NCBI GenBank assembly: GCA_040220235.1
Contig: JAVJTO010000039.1
Direction: 5' to 3' (one strand)
DNA: 64,000 bases
DNA from: Coleofasciculus sp. B1-GNL1-01
GTDB lineage: Bacteria; Cyanobacteriota; Cyanobacteriia; Cyanobacteriales; Coleofasciculaceae
Below the pieces are notes generated by a model, which searched no databases, was not told the origin of the DNA, and saw only the letters and a list, made by a program, of their open reading frames with translations. This document shows, one piece after another, positions 9,601-21,139 of the stretch (the first letter of the stretch is position 1; the number at the start of each line of letters is the position of its first letter). The position numbers and the translations under genes are program-made.

Positions 9601-10041
9601 GCTAACTCCATCCTGATCCGGTGTCAGCATGACTACTTCAGCCCCCGGGACAACCCCAGCCACTAAGGTTTCAGCGTCTGCAATCCCAGCATCTACGAAT
9701 ACTAAAGTACCGTTGTGGGCGTTTCCAAAATCCAATCCGGTGAGGAGATCTCGCCCTGTCGCATTCTCTGATTCAGGGTTTAATGTCTCTGGAGAGTCTA
9801 CGCTAGATAAGCGGCGTTCTAGTAACGGAACTGCCGCTTCAACGTCAATCACCGGACTATCTGGAAGTGGCTGTAACTCTGGGATATACGCCTCACCGAC
9901 AAGACTGCGATCGCGGTTTGGTCTCCCATTGACTCCCTCGATTTGATTAAACCCTAGTCCCTCTGAGTATCCCGATACCCTGTCCGCCTCAGCGGATATG
10001 ATCAACCCTGTTCCTGGTTCTATCAATTCCATCTGCTGCAC
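6604..10041 (-). CDS. Large extracellular protein: DUF4347 + beta-propeller + cadherin + two DUF4114 domains
   Basis: LVFVDAGI..ISHG..LFYGCNLA..LTGADVAAS..GGDWELE (DUF4347); DFETN..ITVRSTD (cadherin); PT linker; two WEDL..GDxDFNDV (DUF4114); start uncertain (ATG 10032 possible). Confidence 0.8.
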   Translation of the reverse strand: MQQMELIEPGTGLIISAEADRVSGYSEGLGFNQIEGVNGRPNRDRSLVGEAYIPELQPLPDSPVIDVEAAVPLLERRLSSVDSPETLNPESENATGRDLLTGLDFGNAHNGTLVFVDAGIADAETLVAGVVPGAEVVMLTPDQDGVSQITQVLAQRQGLSSVQIISHGMSAGLQLGAGELNLDTLNRYTNQLQTWAGALTPEADILFYGCNLAATASGQQFIERVSQLTGADVAASSDRTGSAALGGDWELEVFQGTIESDVALHQWAQSAYQAVLDAVDNNLTVNSASFLGGSGDDSGNAVEIAPDRTIVIGGNFDITPTESLAEGQGTVIRLDSTGQTRLSVTQVGADVDDLDLNRNNGNITVVGDFGVKTLNSDASQVLWSANPGSAQRVAVAAQGQVAVLADKQVTVYNPQGTAIGDFTVAGTRIEDVAIDSNTSSVFVTGYRQVSTNLQLPLLRSYSYTGEINWENYNFSANEAAGENLGADTRGLRVAIGQDNQLYFAGSLDGGNSVFQRDPQTISQSAGNVNIDNYTNTSNSGGGKFAYFARMNPATGTLDQGQIFLTRRSNGEGNSFTVNAITADANGRVYIGGQAAASLPNRDELQINGTAVGPYSGFEGAVIAVSEDFQARELVGLWSGGNPSGSEVNGVAVFGDIRAMVSTNAGTNMITVNPLQGTSGGSEDAFFSVWQSPATPVGNPPTAIRLDNQTITKNTLQEKVVGQLSTIDPDTDDRHTYRLIDDAGGRFAIADNKLLVADGVNLDFETNQIYQITVRSTDADGFSFEEGFEIAIAAVDDTPTPTPTPTPTLPVGLVDLAQLGSTQGVFQVGGTPGEAVRLQFDWTFREAEFKNEVGVLRVDDAMGTVNGVRPGDPGYAQQALTRAERQVLFARGETVGKGVDLSLQAGDYWVFYLIQDSTRADWLAENPDNRLDGETIAFFSVTAANPDQFNHVQRTELGDGMVQLAWEDLTGGGDQDFNDVVFNVGNADWTVPGDLGEMRSLIVNWMAQDNPISHELGLFLFDQPNGQIGNLFPGDPGYAVAALSQANRQVIVAPTETGNGQRTLNVEGDRVFGWYLIQNGTTEQFLRENPDNLLGNSPLAFFSFIAANPNGRDNFWRLSPNEFAWEDLTNDSDIDFNDVMIGIQFG

Positions 10042-10301
10042 CCTATCATCGCCATTGCCACTCCAATCTAGCCTGAGGCATTAGGAAAGTGTGTAGGGGC
10101 GGGTTTCACTACTATCGTTGCTTCCCTCACCCAGATGTAACTAAACCCGCCCCGCCTTCCTTGTCTCCTAACGAATGACAAATAACAAATGAAAACTTAA
10201 AAAAACGCAACATTATCGCGAGTGCTTCGCAAGAATATTTTACATTTTTTTGCTCTGATCTTGGTTAAGCTAAAAATAACAGAGGAATTCAAGGAAAAAT
10301 T

Positions 10302-10811
10302 ATGAATGCTATTTTAGGGACTAGCGCAAAGCGACCCACCTGGCAAACGATTGCTCTGTTTGTCTTGGGTCTGTGGTTAAGTAGTAGCTTTATTCTAGAC
10401 TTCGTGATCATGCCCACTCTGGGAACGGCTGGAATGTTGAACGACGCCAGTTTTGCTAGTGCGGGTTATTCGATTTTCTGGATGTTTAATCGGATCGAGT
10501 TACTCTGTGCCGCTTTAGTTTTAACCAGCCTTTTGGCAATACGTGGCACATCTAATCTCTATCATCATGTCCGACGCTGGTCGATCCTATTATCTGGGCT
10601 TCTGTTAGCAATTGCTCTCATTAATACCTACATCATGACGCCCCAGATGAGCGCTCTAGCGATGCAACTGAATCTGTTTGCGCCAGCAACGGGTATGCCA
10701 AGTGGAATGGTTGAGATGCATGAAGGATATTGGTTCCTAGAAGCGATTAAGTTAATTGTCGGTGCAACTGTACTGGCTTGGTGTTATCACGATTCGCGAG
10801 AAATTGCTTAA
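10302..10811 (+). CDS. DUF4149 (TMEM205-like) membrane protein
   Basis: Four TM helices; AGYSIFWMFNRIE, TPQMSAL and MHEGYWFLEAIK motifs. Confidence 0.75.
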   Translation: MNAILGTSAKRPTWQTIALFVLGLWLSSSFILDFVIMPTLGTAGMLNDASFASAGYSIFWMFNRIELLCAALVLTSLLAIRGTSNLYHHVRRWSILLSGLLLAIALINTYIMTPQMSALAMQLNLFAPATGMPSGMVEMHEGYWFLEAIKLIVGATVLAWCYHDSREIA

Positions 10812-10928
10812 TAGGTTATACCATTGAATCAACATCTGTAGGGGTACGACGTGTCGTACCCCTACTGTTGGTTGTGGACTAAATTGGACAGCTTGATGGG
10901 CGCAAGGCTTGCGCCCCTACAACCGATA

Positions 10929-12821
10929 TTATTCGACGTTCGACAATCGACAACGTTGAACGGCTCCAGCGGACTCTCCCCGAATTCGACGTATGGCGAC
11001 TTCTAATTCACTTAAATCTTCTTGCAAACCACAATATTGAACTTGCAGAGTCTGCAAGGTTTCAGTTTCTACTGTCTTTCGCTCTTCTAACTGACGCAGT
11101 TCAGTTCGAGCCGTCGCGATTTGTTGTTCTGTGGTTTGGATTTCCGCTTGCAGTGTACTTAAACGCTGTTGTACGGTGCTGAATTCACGGCGAGAGACTT
11201 CTAGGCGTTCTTGAGCGGTTTCGATTTCACCACGTACCTCAACCAGTTGTGCTTCTAAACTTTGCCGTTCACTCTGTAGCGACTCAACTCTGGCTTCGGC
11301 GCTGCTAACCTCTTCTCGAACTTCAACTAACCGTTGTTGAGAGCGTCGCACAGAGGTTTGAGAGGCTTCTAGGCGTTCTTGAGAGGTCTCAATTTCTGCG
11401 CGGACTTCCACCAGTTGGGCTTCTAAGCTTTGCCGTTCATTTTGGCGTGATTCGAGTTCTACCTGAGCGGTACTAATTTCTTCTCGGACTTCAACTAACT
11501 GTTGTTGAGAGCGGCGCACAGAGGTTTGAGAGGCTTCCAGGCGTTCTTGAGCGGTCTCAATTTCTGCGCGGACTTCCACCAGCCTCGCTTCTACGCTTTG
11601 GCGTTCACTGCGTAGGGATGTCAGTTGGGCTTGGGCGCTGGTAATCTCCTCTCGGACTTCAACTAATCGTTGTTGAGATTGTCGCACTGCTGTTTGCGAG
11701 GATTCAAGTTGAGCTTGGACGGTTTCAATTTCTTCTCGAATGGCGACTAACTGTTGGCGAGATTCCCGGATTTCGACTTGGGAGGATTCAAGTTGAGCTT
11801 GGGCGGTTTGAATTTCTTCCCGCAGAGCGACTAATCGCTGTTGCGATTGGCGTACAGAGGTTTGAGAGGACTCGAATTGGGCGGTTACAGTTTGGCGTTC
11901 ACTCCGCAATTCCTCTAATCGAGCTTCAGCGGTGCGAATCTCAGATTGCAACGCCACGAGTCGCTGTTGGGTGCTACGGACTTCAGTTGTCGATTCGCCG
12001 GAGGTGGTAAGAATCGAGAGTAAGGTGGTTACTTCTAAATCGGTTGCATCATAACTCGCCGCTCGTTCTAAAGACGCGATCGCTTGCTCATAACGTTCTA
12101 ATTGATAGAGTGCTAATCCCCGTCGTTTCCAGGCGAGGGCGTTTCGCGGTTCAATTTCTAAGGCTTTATCACAACTCGCGACAGCATCTTGATACCGTTC
12201 CAGTTTATACAATGCAGCGGCGCGTTCTACCCACACTGACGCCATCTGCTCATTCGTTTGCAAAAGTTGGTCATAGATGGAGAGCGCCTGATTATACTCT
12301 CGCAACTCATAAGACAGCACTTGGGCAATTTGCTTGGGTATGACTGTAGTGATTAAGGTTTGTTCATACTCCGATTCGGCGTTTAAGGTTAAGGTTTGTT
12401 GCCAAGTATTAACCGCCGCCTGATAGCGTTGAAGTTCGTATAAGGCTTGTCCTTTCTGATACTGAGCTAAAAGATAATTAGGTTGAAGTCGAATTGCTTC
12501 ATCGTAGGATGCGATCGCGCTTTCATACTGTCCCCAACTGCTGAATATCTCGCCGCGCCAATACCACGCCAAGAACGCCTCTGGCTGAATTTGCACAATC
12601 CGATCTAGGATGGCGATCGCCTCACGATATTTACCCACACCCCGTAACTGGCTCACCTGTTGCCATAATTGATCCAGCAGTTGAGCTTGTGCGATCGGCA
12701 TCGTAGTGGGAGTGCGATCGAACTCCATGGGTTCAATCGGGGTTTGCACCGTCGCACTGGCGATTCCACCAGTCATCAATGTCGCTAAGGCTACACTTAT
12801 CTGAACTGGGATTTTTGACAT
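10929..12821 (-). CDS. Secreted TPR protein with long repetitive coiled coil
   Basis: Signal peptide, about 6 TPR motifs (AWYWRG..YESAIASYDEAI), then ~330 aa of heptads with 56-aa tandem repeats. Confidence 0.8.
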   Translation of the reverse strand: MSKIPVQISVALATLMTGGIASATVQTPIEPMEFDRTPTTMPIAQAQLLDQLWQQVSQLRGVGKYREAIAILDRIVQIQPEAFLAWYWRGEIFSSWGQYESAIASYDEAIRLQPNYLLAQYQKGQALYELQRYQAAVNTWQQTLTLNAESEYEQTLITTVIPKQIAQVLSYELREYNQALSIYDQLLQTNEQMASVWVERAAALYKLERYQDAVASCDKALEIEPRNALAWKRRGLALYQLERYEQAIASLERAASYDATDLEVTTLLSILTTSGESTTEVRSTQQRLVALQSEIRTAEARLEELRSERQTVTAQFESSQTSVRQSQQRLVALREEIQTAQAQLESSQVEIRESRQQLVAIREEIETVQAQLESSQTAVRQSQQRLVEVREEITSAQAQLTSLRSERQSVEARLVEVRAEIETAQERLEASQTSVRRSQQQLVEVREEISTAQVELESRQNERQSLEAQLVEVRAEIETSQERLEASQTSVRRSQQRLVEVREEVSSAEARVESLQSERQSLEAQLVEVRGEIETAQERLEVSRREFSTVQQRLSTLQAEIQTTEQQIATARTELRQLEERKTVETETLQTLQVQYCGLQEDLSELEVAIRRIRGESAGAVQRCRLSNVE

Positions 12822-13172
12822 ATTGACTCCTCAAACCTCAAGATACCATCAACGAGAATAACTCTGTTGATAGTTTAAATAATGTATAACTTTATCAAGT
12901 TCTTTGTTTATATACTACTTTTGCTTAATAAATCCGTAATATCTTAGCAGAAGTTTAAGAAGTAGTTATTCCTAAAGAGAGCGTAGACTGTTTTTTAGCG
13001 ACGCAACCATCATCATTTGTCATTGGCTCCTATTGACAGACAAACTCAATTACCCAGACGCGATCATTGGAGGAGGTAGTACTTACGTTAGTGGAGGGTG
13101 ACCAAGTTATCACCTCTTCCTCTAGCTAAAAACTTATAGAGCGATCACCAGTGGGATGAAATCGTGGTGAGA

Positions 13173-14120
13173 TTAATTAGAATATTTCACAGTGCGAAGG
13201 TGAGAGCCAACATAACCGATGATTATCATCTTATCCTCAGTCGGAAAGAAATAAATTCGCCAACCAAAAGATAATTTAGCGTGCCAACTAAAAACTCGCT
13301 CTTTACCATCTGGGCAAAGAAACATTCTTTCCTTACTGTACTTTGGATTCTGAAGTGTGACTTGGCTTTCTGGAGAAACATTTCTAAGACTATTTGGTTC
13401 AAACGCTTCTTCTGTCCAAGTCTTGCAGTAGTCTTCAAGTTCTGACAATCGATTCTTAATAAGCTGCAATATCGGATTCTTAAGACTCTGTAATTGCTTA
13501 CCAACAGCTTCGCAGAATATCAGATTTGGAAATAATTCATCTTTACGATTCCAGAGTTCTAGCCCATCACGCACTGTTGATCGGATACGGTTGGTAATCC
13601 ACTCAGCATGTTCCTGAACGTGATTACTACGACTGGCGTGGACAATTTCTAGTCGTTCATCAATTAAATCTTCATTTGCATCAAGACGTCTTATTTCCAA
13701 CTCTAAGCGGCTGCAATCCCAGCAGGTTTCCGAAATCAAGCTCACTGTAAGTGCATCAATGACTACAGCAAAACCCAGTCCTCTTGCTTCCTTTCCTTGA
13801 TGCCAAACCTGAGATAAATCAAAGTCATTTTTAATTTCTTCAGCAACATCAGTCCAGAAGGGTGCTTTTGATGTAAGAGTTCTGAAAAAACTACGCTTTT
13901 CTCGATTAACTTCTTTATCGTTACGCCAACGAGCTACAGGATAGCCCGGTGCGAGTTCGATAGTATTAATATCTTCTGAAGTACGAAGTACTCGCTTCAC
14001 GCCACTTGCAGTTGCTTGGCGGATAGTACCAATCAGATCTGACATTAATTGCCGTGCTGTTTGCTGATCAGAAACGGGAGTCTGAAAGGAGAGTTCATTG
14101 AGTACCATTTCTAAATCCAT
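13173..14120 (-). CDS. Putative effector/nuclease of Menshen-like defence operon (NsnC-like)
   Basis: Third gene of a DUF262 + DUF3696-ATPase operon; C-terminal F.WH.K...WRIYF...IIIGYVGSHL resembles a RelE/BECR-like RNase. Confidence 0.6.
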   Translation of the reverse strand: MDLEMVLNELSFQTPVSDQQTARQLMSDLIGTIRQATASGVKRVLRTSEDINTIELAPGYPVARWRNDKEVNREKRSFFRTLTSKAPFWTDVAEEIKNDFDLSQVWHQGKEARGLGFAVVIDALTVSLISETCWDCSRLELEIRRLDANEDLIDERLEIVHASRSNHVQEHAEWITNRIRSTVRDGLELWNRKDELFPNLIFCEAVGKQLQSLKNPILQLIKNRLSELEDYCKTWTEEAFEPNSLRNVSPESQVTLQNPKYSKERMFLCPDGKERVFSWHAKLSFGWRIYFFPTEDKMIIIGYVGSHLRTVKYSN

Positions 14121-14123
14121 GTA

Positions 14124-15266
14124 TTACTCTCCTGCTGGTTCTAACAAAGCTTCCAAACTTTTATCCCATTCATCAAAGAAACCATCGGGCCAGTAATCAA
14201 TTCGTCCGTTTCGATCAATCCGTGGGGATATTACTTCGGTGTAAATTTGTCGATCTTTTTCTTTGCGATCAAAATAGTGCAACTGAACATTATTGGGTTT
14301 AAGTTTGCCACCATGAACAGCTAAACGAATCCCATTTAAAACATGATCGCTATGAGTTTCTATGACAACTTGAACACCACAACTAGCTGCAAGTGCCAAT
14401 AATTCACCCATTTTTGATTGCCCTTTAGGATGAAGATGCGCTTCTGGATTTTCCAGTAAAATTAGTGTACCTGGAGGAGATGAAAGTACGGCGACAATAA
14501 TGGGTAAAGTGTAAGTAATGCCAAAACCAACATTAGTAGCACGGTAAGGATTGCTATCTCCATAGAAATACTGAGAGATCATCAAATCTACATCTAATTT
14601 AGGGTCAATTTTAAGACGTGTGCCTGGACTGACTTCTCCCATCCATGCCTCAACTTGATCTATTAAATCAAGTGATTTTTCTCCTTTTTTACCTGTTTGA
14701 CCTTTAGTGTTTACTTTTGGATGGCTTAATTTCCTGTTGGGAATTTCTTTACGCCCATTCAAAAAAAGGAAATGAGAGGTATATTCACCTCTAGTTCCAA
14801 GTTTGCCAAGCTGTCTGACTTGGAAATCAGACATTTCAAAAAAAGGTCTTGAACCAATTCTTTCGGCTTGTAGATAGTGAAAATTTTCATGAAAAAGGCT
14901 TGAATCATAAACTTCTTTTTTGACAGGTTCCGAATCAAGGTTTAATACTTCTACTTCTCGATCGTAATTGAAACGCCATATACCATTTTTATTATTATCC
15001 AAAACAAGATTAAACTCGATTGGCTCCTTACCTGCTCCCTCGAAAAGCGCATCTTGCCCCGTTCCAATGCAAACCAAATCACCGTTTAGTGCCAAACCTT
15101 TTTCTGGTAATAATCCCTGTTGATAAGATTGACGCAGTAGCAGTAGCGATTGAAGAACAGAAGATTTACCCGTACTATTAAGACCAGAAAGTAGGGTTAG
15201 CGGCCTAAACTCAAGACGCTGATTAGAAAAAGGCTTGAAATTTATTAAGTGTAACTGACGAATCAT
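14124..15266 (-). CDS. ABC-type ATPase with DUF3696 (NsnB-like)
   Basis: Walker A GLNSTGKS, NVGFG signature, ENPEAHLHP, ETHSDH, C-terminal WPDGFFDEW (DUF3696). Confidence 0.85.
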   Translation of the reverse strand: MIRQLHLINFKPFSNQRLEFRPLTLLSGLNSTGKSSVLQSLLLLRQSYQQGLLPEKGLALNGDLVCIGTGQDALFEGAGKEPIEFNLVLDNNKNGIWRFNYDREVEVLNLDSEPVKKEVYDSSLFHENFHYLQAERIGSRPFFEMSDFQVRQLGKLGTRGEYTSHFLFLNGRKEIPNRKLSHPKVNTKGQTGKKGEKSLDLIDQVEAWMGEVSPGTRLKIDPKLDVDLMISQYFYGDSNPYRATNVGFGITYTLPIIVAVLSSPPGTLILLENPEAHLHPKGQSKMGELLALAASCGVQVVIETHSDHVLNGIRLAVHGGKLKPNNVQLHYFDRKEKDRQIYTEVISPRIDRNGRIDYWPDGFFDEWDKSLEALLEPAGE

Positions 15267-16438
15267 GACAATACATCTTGAATTATTTTTTCAACAGTAG
15301 TAAATCGATAGTCAACCTTGTTCGCTGCCTGAGAAATAGATGAGTTGAATTCTTTATCATTGTTTATATAGTTACGGAATGAATCAATTATTTCTTGCTT
15401 TTTGTTTTTTAATTTTTGGATTTCTTTATCACCTAGTTTTCCAAGATTCACTGACCACACTTCAAATATTGCTTTGTTTAATGGATATTTCCTTTGATTT
15501 TTATTAGATAGTTTACGAAAAGCATTTTCGCCGAATATTTCATTTGCAGCTATCATGGCTTTTTTAAATTTATCTTTTATGCTAGCCAATTCTTGATTCG
15601 TTAGTTTATTTATTTTAAATAATGCTTCACTTAAAAATTCGTCTCTATTGCCCTCTTCATAATTTTTATAAGATGTCAGTGTATAGGCAAGGAATCCTAA
15701 GACAAATTCTCGGTCATCCATCCGGCTTTTTTTAGAGTCACTAAGGTCAACAATTTGCTTGAATTCTTGCATTTTCGCAAGTTCGGCTAAAAACTCAGTT
15801 GCTTGACCTGGATTGAGTGCATGGCGTATTTCTTGAGGCGAAAGAGGTGTTCCACCTGTATTAATACGTTTAAATATATTGTATTTTACTTCAGGAGGCG
15901 TACCACTTTGAATTAAATAAACAGTTGGTTGTGTTTCAAGAATGCGTCGCTGATATCTGGGTATCAATTGCTCATATCTTTTACCTTCAAGATTATTAAG
16001 ATACTCTAATCCACTCAGCGTAAGCTTGTTGTCATTTACAAATTCTTTTAGGGCAAATAGCCGCTGCAATCCATCTACAACCAACCAATTATCTTCATCA
16101 GTTGCATCAACATAAAAAGCTGGCAATGGAATGCGGATCAATATGGATTCAATGAGTCGGCTTTTGACATCAGGCTTCCATATATCCGCTTGACGCTGAA
16201 ACTTCGGTGCTAAATTAAGTGCTTTTTGATCAATTCGTCTCAGAAGCTGTTCAATTGTTGGTTGTCTAGTAATAATATTAATTTCATCGGGATCGTAGCG
16301 AAAGCTACGTCGTTCATCTTGTTGATCATCATTCTCTGCTTCATCTAATAAAGTGTCTTCATCAAATGATTCTGGTTCTAAGTCTCGGTTATTTAACTCG
16401 GTCACAGCGTTGGCTCCTTTTGTTTCATACTCACTCAT
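15263..16438 (-). CDS. DUF262 (ParB-like) protein (NsnA-like)
   Basis: PKFQRQ..W..SRLIESILIRIPLP..VVDGLQRL..FKRINTGGTPL; 4-bp overlap with the ATPase gene. Confidence 0.88.
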   Translation of the reverse strand: MSEYETKGANAVTELNNRDLEPESFDEDTLLDEAENDDQQDERRSFRYDPDEINIITRQPTIEQLLRRIDQKALNLAPKFQRQADIWKPDVKSRLIESILIRIPLPAFYVDATDEDNWLVVDGLQRLFALKEFVNDNKLTLSGLEYLNNLEGKRYEQLIPRYQRRILETQPTVYLIQSGTPPEVKYNIFKRINTGGTPLSPQEIRHALNPGQATEFLAELAKMQEFKQIVDLSDSKKSRMDDREFVLGFLAYTLTSYKNYEEGNRDEFLSEALFKINKLTNQELASIKDKFKKAMIAANEIFGENAFRKLSNKNQRKYPLNKAIFEVWSVNLGKLGDKEIQKLKNKKQEIIDSFRNYINNDKEFNSSISQAANKVDYRFTTVEKIIQDVLS

Positions 16439-16599
16439 CCTCTTACTTATAAAATATAGGGTAAAACATTAGAAAATGCTATGTAGCGTTTCTTGCTCAA
16501 TTGCCCAATTTGAGTGGTAAGGACACAGCCTAAAAGTAGTTTTTCTTATCACTACAGCAAAACTCAAGAGTGATCGCACCCTCTTACCATAACAAATAA

Positions 16600-16620
16600 A
16601 CCCCCCGGAATCCGAGGGGT
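16600..16620 (-). terminator. Probable terminator after chlN
   Basis: CCCCCCGG-AAT-CCGAGGGG stem followed by T-rich minus-strand sequence. Confidence 0.45.
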
Positions 16621-16645
16621 AGGAGAGATCTCAAAGGAGGAGAGA

Positions 16646-18085
<1,440 letters not shown>

Positions 18086-18316
18086 CTACAAGTATCGATA
18101 TAAGACGTCAACAATCACTGATGGTTAATGGACTCATACCCTTTGGTTGTCTTCATCACAGGTAGGATTCGGGCGGGTTTACTAACGGGGAAGGTTTCGT
18201 GCATCCGATAAGAGTAAAACCCGCCCCTACAAATCCATGTATTTTGTCTATGTCGTTGCTGAAACCCAATGGGTATGACAATAACATACGACCAATGACA
18301 AAGGACAAATGACCAA

Positions 18317-19183
18317 TTAAACCATCATCAGGTCAAGTTCTTCTTCCTCTGACGTTACCTTGGGTTGTTGAGGATTCAGGTAGAAGTCAGACAGTAAGGA
18401 GAACAACTCGCGATCGGGGGCGTCGTTGGGAACCACACCTTCTGGACGTGCCAATACTTGATCGGCAATATTCAGATAGTAATCACACACAGGTGTCAGA
18501 GATGGATCAGTTTCTGCCATTTCAAAAATGGTTTTCCCCTTAACCCGCGAAATGCGAATATCTTCAATTAAAGGCAGAATCTCCAACACGGGAATGGGTA
18601 CAGCTTCAATATATTTATCAATCAGATCCCGCTTCGAGGTACGATTGCCGATTAGCCCAGCTAGGCGTAAGGGGTGGGTACGGGCTTTTTCACGCACAGA
18701 CGCCGCAATTCGGTTCGCTGCAAATAACGCATCAAAGCCGTTATCGGTAACGATCATGCAGTAGTCGGAATAGTTCAGAGGTGCAGCGAATCCACCGCAA
18801 ACAACGTCACCGAGAACATCAAATAGAATGACATCGTACTCGTCAAACGCATTAAGTTCCTTGAGTAGCTTCACTGTCTCGCCGACAACATAGCCACCGC
18901 AACCTGCACCAGCGGGGGGTCCACCTGCTTCGACGCAATCAACGCCGCCATAGCCTTTATAGATAACGTCTTCGGGCCAAACGTCTTCGTAGTGATAATC
19001 CTTTTCCTGAAGCGTATCAATAATCGTGGGAATTAAGAAGCCTGTCAGGGTAAAGGTGCTGTCATGTTTCGGATCACAGCCAATTTGCAACACCTTTTTG
19101 CCACGTCTGGCTAACGCTACGGAGATATTACAGCTTGTTGTGGACTTACCAATACCGCCTTTTCCATAAACTGAGAGTTTCAC
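18317..19183 (-). CDS. chlL: Dark-operative protochlorophyllide reductase iron-sulfur ATP-binding subunit L
   Basis: [25 protein letters not shown] and [11 protein letters not shown]ifH-family motifs. Confidence 0.98.
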   Translation of the reverse strand: MKLSVYGKGGIGKSTTSCNISVALARRGKKVLQIGCDPKHDSTFTLTGFLIPTIIDTLQEKDYHYEDVWPEDVIYKGYGGVDCVEAGGPPAGAGCGGYVVGETVKLLKELNAFDEYDVILFDVLGDVVCGGFAAPLNYSDYCMIVTDNGFDALFAANRIAASVREKARTHPLRLAGLIGNRTSKRDLIDKYIEAVPIPVLEILPLIEDIRISRVKGKTIFEMAETDPSLTPVCDYYLNIADQVLARPEGVVPNDAPDRELFSLLSDFYLNPQQPKVTSEEEELDLMMV

Positions 19184-19919
19184 GCTTCGTTGTCTCCTAA
19201 CGTTTGGATCAAAACTGAAATGTTGTCGTAGCTGTTAAATATGCTGGCATCGAGGCTTGGGCTGAGTCGTCAGCCGTTGCTTGCTGCCTGCTAATCGCAT
19301 TATTGACATAACTCCCTGAGAAATGAAAGGGGGTTTAGGAATGGGATGGGCTTTAAATCTGAATTAAATCATGCCTAGCAATGGATAAATGGTTTTATCG
19401 GTTCAGAGTAACGCTGAAATCAATTTAATCAAATTATTTTAGTTTTGTGTCATAAATTTATATAAATATGAACAAAAGCAAAAAATAGGGTCAATTGACT
19501 TCCAGTTTGACTAAGCTGGCGCACGTTAGAGATCTGACTCCAGCTCAACGCTGACGGGAAATGGGGGATATAGATGGGGTTTAGCGCGATCGCATTCCTT
19601 CAGCCTGAGACACCCTGATCCCCAAAAACCCTGGATTTACGTCAATTAGAGAACGTGCGATCGCACTTTTGGCGAACTCCGGCAAGATTGTTGTAAATAA
19701 AGATTAATTTTTGTGGCAGCGATGACACTCACCGCGATCGCCCATCACTGGCATAGGTTAAAATCTATGGTTGCGATATAAATTTACCTATCCTCAAAAA
19801 GTAGAGACGTTGAATGCAACGTATTTTGGTTGCATCCAGATGTAACTCAACCCGCCCCGACCTAGCTAAAATAAGATGGATAGAGTTCCTATAACTTGAG
19901 AATTGACAGGGATGAAACC

Positions 19920-20849
19920 ATGAAATTCATTAGTCCTAAAGTCGATTATGCCTTTAAAAAAATATTCGGCTCAGAACAGAGCAAAGACATTTTAATCAGC
20001 TTTCTAAACGCGATTATTTATGGAGGCAACAAAACCATTCAATCCTTAACCATTGTCAATCCCTATAATCCGGGGCAGGTCATGAACTTAAAGGATACTT
20101 ATTTAGATATAAAAGCTGTTTTATCCAATGGTTCAGTCGTTATTATTGAAATGCAGATAGCACGGGTAACGGCTTTTAGCAAACGGATCGTATACAATCT
20201 GGCTAAAGCTTATAGTAATCAATTAGGAATCGGAGAAAATTATTTAACATTAAACCCAGTTATCGCTGTAACAATTACAGATTTTGTTCTATTCAATACT
20301 AGCCAAGATGTGATCAGTCAGTTTGTTTTCCAGGAAAAAAATCATAAGTTTGAATATCCTGATCCAGAATTGCAGTTAGTTTTCGTCGAACTACCGAAAT
20401 TCCAAAAAAGCCTATCAGAGTTAACAAGTTTAAGTGATAAATGGATTTACTTCCTGAAAGAAGCGGCTCGTCTAGATAATATTCCTGACAGTTTAGGAGA
20501 AGTATCTGAGATAGAACTAGCTTTAAACATTGCCAACCAAGCCAAAATGACCGAAGACGAGTTAGAAGTCGTAGAGCGTCGGGGAATCATGTTGCAAGAT
20601 GAGAAAGGGCGGATAACCTATGCAGCAGAACAAGGGGAAGCAAAAGGAAGAGAAAAAGGACGCTTGCAAGAAGCGATCGCTCTAGTTATGCGTCTACTTA
20701 AAAAGCGTTTTGGAGATGTACCAGAGGCGATAAGTACCAAGGTGGAAAGTTTGCCTTTGCAAGACTTAGAAAATTTAACTGAGGAGATTTTAGATTTAAA
20801 TCATTTGGAGGATTTGGAACGTTGGTTAGACGAACATTCGCCATCTTAA
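19920..20849 (+). CDS. Rpn-family PD-(D/E)XK nuclease / putative transposase with DUF4351 C-terminus
   Basis: MKFISPKVDYAFKKIFG..LDIKA..IIEMQ..ELPKF..DKWIYFLK; C-terminal RLLKKRFG..LENLTEEILD. Confidence 0.88.
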   Translation: MKFISPKVDYAFKKIFGSEQSKDILISFLNAIIYGGNKTIQSLTIVNPYNPGQVMNLKDTYLDIKAVLSNGSVVIIEMQIARVTAFSKRIVYNLAKAYSNQLGIGENYLTLNPVIAVTITDFVLFNTSQDVISQFVFQEKNHKFEYPDPELQLVFVELPKFQKSLSELTSLSDKWIYFLKEAARLDNIPDSLGEVSEIELALNIANQAKMTEDELEVVERRGIMLQDEKGRITYAAEQGEAKGREKGRLQEAIALVMRLLKKRFGDVPEAISTKVESLPLQDLENLTEEILDLNHLEDLERWLDEHSPS

Positions 20850-21139
20850 TCAGGTTTACGAGAATCTAGGTAAGCCAATGGGTTCTCTTGGATCTGGGGT
20901 GAAAATTGTAGCGGAAAGCTACAAAATAGATTTTGGTAATCACGCAAATGCTTAAATCTATCCTAGAATAATGTTTGTTTATCACCCTAAGTACAATGGC
21001 ACTGAAATAAGCATTTTTGGATTAACGAAACCTTGATATACCGTAGGGTGGGTTGAGCGAAGTCGAAACCCACCAGCATACCAGTCAGCACCATTCACCC
21101 TAAGAATGAGAGAGATCAACCGGAAGTTGCTTTTTGGAG

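Noticed and set aside
18317..19183. nifH
   Set aside because: Sequence details and adjacency to chlN identify it as chlL; no nifDK.
19920..20849. Rpn gene as a bounded transposon
   Set aside because: No terminal repeats or target duplication are visible.
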